Assembly: GCA_016206785.1 (NCBI GenBank)
Contig: JACQQV010000031.1
Coordinates: forward strand, 35,860-99,859
Direction of reading: 5' to 3'
Length of the DNA stretch: 64,000 nt
Source: Candidatus Omnitrophota bacterium
GTDB lineage: Bacteria > Omnitrophota > Gorgyraeia > JACQQV01
Shown here: piece after piece, positions 63,941 to 64,000 of the stretch
Numbering within the stretch: the stretch's first letter is position 1
Layout of the letters: each line of letters opens with the position of its first letter
Translations under genes and position numbers: made by a program
The notes under the pieces: generated by a model
Database searches by the model: none
Seen by the model: the letters and a program-made list of their open reading frames with translations, nothing else
Told to the model about the DNA's origin: nothing

Positions 63941-64000
63941 AAGAATCTCTTGAGGCATTGGAGCGATCTGCCTTCTCAGCCATTGAAGAGGCGACGACCC
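63937..64000 (+). CDS. pheS: Phenylalanine--tRNA ligase alpha subunit, 5' fragment (continues beyond the window)
   Basis: The ATG at 63937 overlaps the rplT stop (ATGA). MKESLEALERSAFSAIEEATT is a typical PheS N-terminal helix. The call rests on position in the infC-rpmI-rplT-pheS operon. Confidence 0.5.
   Translation, partial: MKESLEALERSAFSAIEEATT

Overview
This 64-kb window is a bacterial chromosomal origin region of about 55% GC. I cannot assign a lineage from sequence alone.

The plus-strand half (49.4-64 kb) is a conventional housekeeping block: rpmH-rnpA-yidD-yidC-mnmG-parA-parB-ndk-pckG(GTP)-yicC-remA-like-gmk-rpoZ-coaC-coaB, then tRNA-Cys/Leu/Val, thrS-infC-rpmI-rplT and the start of pheS.

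The minus-strand middle section (24.4-49.2 kb) runs dnaA-dnaN-DUF721(DciA-like)-gyrB-gyrA-tRNA-Glu-glmS-rsmI into a tightly coupled pyrimidine operon. That operon is pyrR-pyrB-pyrC-(LolA-like)-carA-(Mut7-C)-(PHP)-carB-pyrK-pyrD-pyrF-pyrE, followed by tRNA-Val/tRNA-Asp and an HscB-like J-protein. A DnaA-box-bearing oriC candidate lies between dnaA and rpmH.

The remarkable part is 1.3-24.0 kb (minus strand). Two tandem, signal-peptide-bearing giant genes are driven by a consensus sigma-70 promoter with a roughly 200-nt leader that contains an intrinsic-terminator-like hairpin.

- The upstream gene encodes a 1471-aa GlmS-like mosaic: an amidotransferase-like region plus two SIS domains, then about 500 aa of unknown sequence.
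- The downstream gene is one uninterrupted 18.3-kb ORF encoding a 6085-aa protein that concatenates at least nine complete enzyme-like modules. In N-to-C order these are a ParB/Srx-like motif region, a full pyruvate-phosphate-dikinase/PEP-synthase-like unit, a degenerate second PEP-utilizer half, a PLP-dependent Ser/Thr dehydratase-like domain, an adenylate-forming acyl-CoA-synthetase-like domain, a histidine/phenylalanine ammonia-lyase (MIO) domain, a cysteine-dioxygenase-like cupin, a D-2-hydroxyacid dehydrogenase, a glycerate-2-kinase (MOFRL), a GTP-PEP-carboxykinase-like domain, and a roughly 380-aa unknown C-terminus.
- Canonical single-copy cytoplasmic homologues of two of these modules (glmS and pckG) sit elsewhere in the same window, so the giant genes are diverged, secreted paralog mosaics rather than the housekeeping copies.

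No carrier-protein, condensation or ketosynthase domains are present, so this is not an NRPS/PKS. No transposase, integrase, CRISPR or phage genes were seen. The far left end carries icd-family and mdh (partial) genes.
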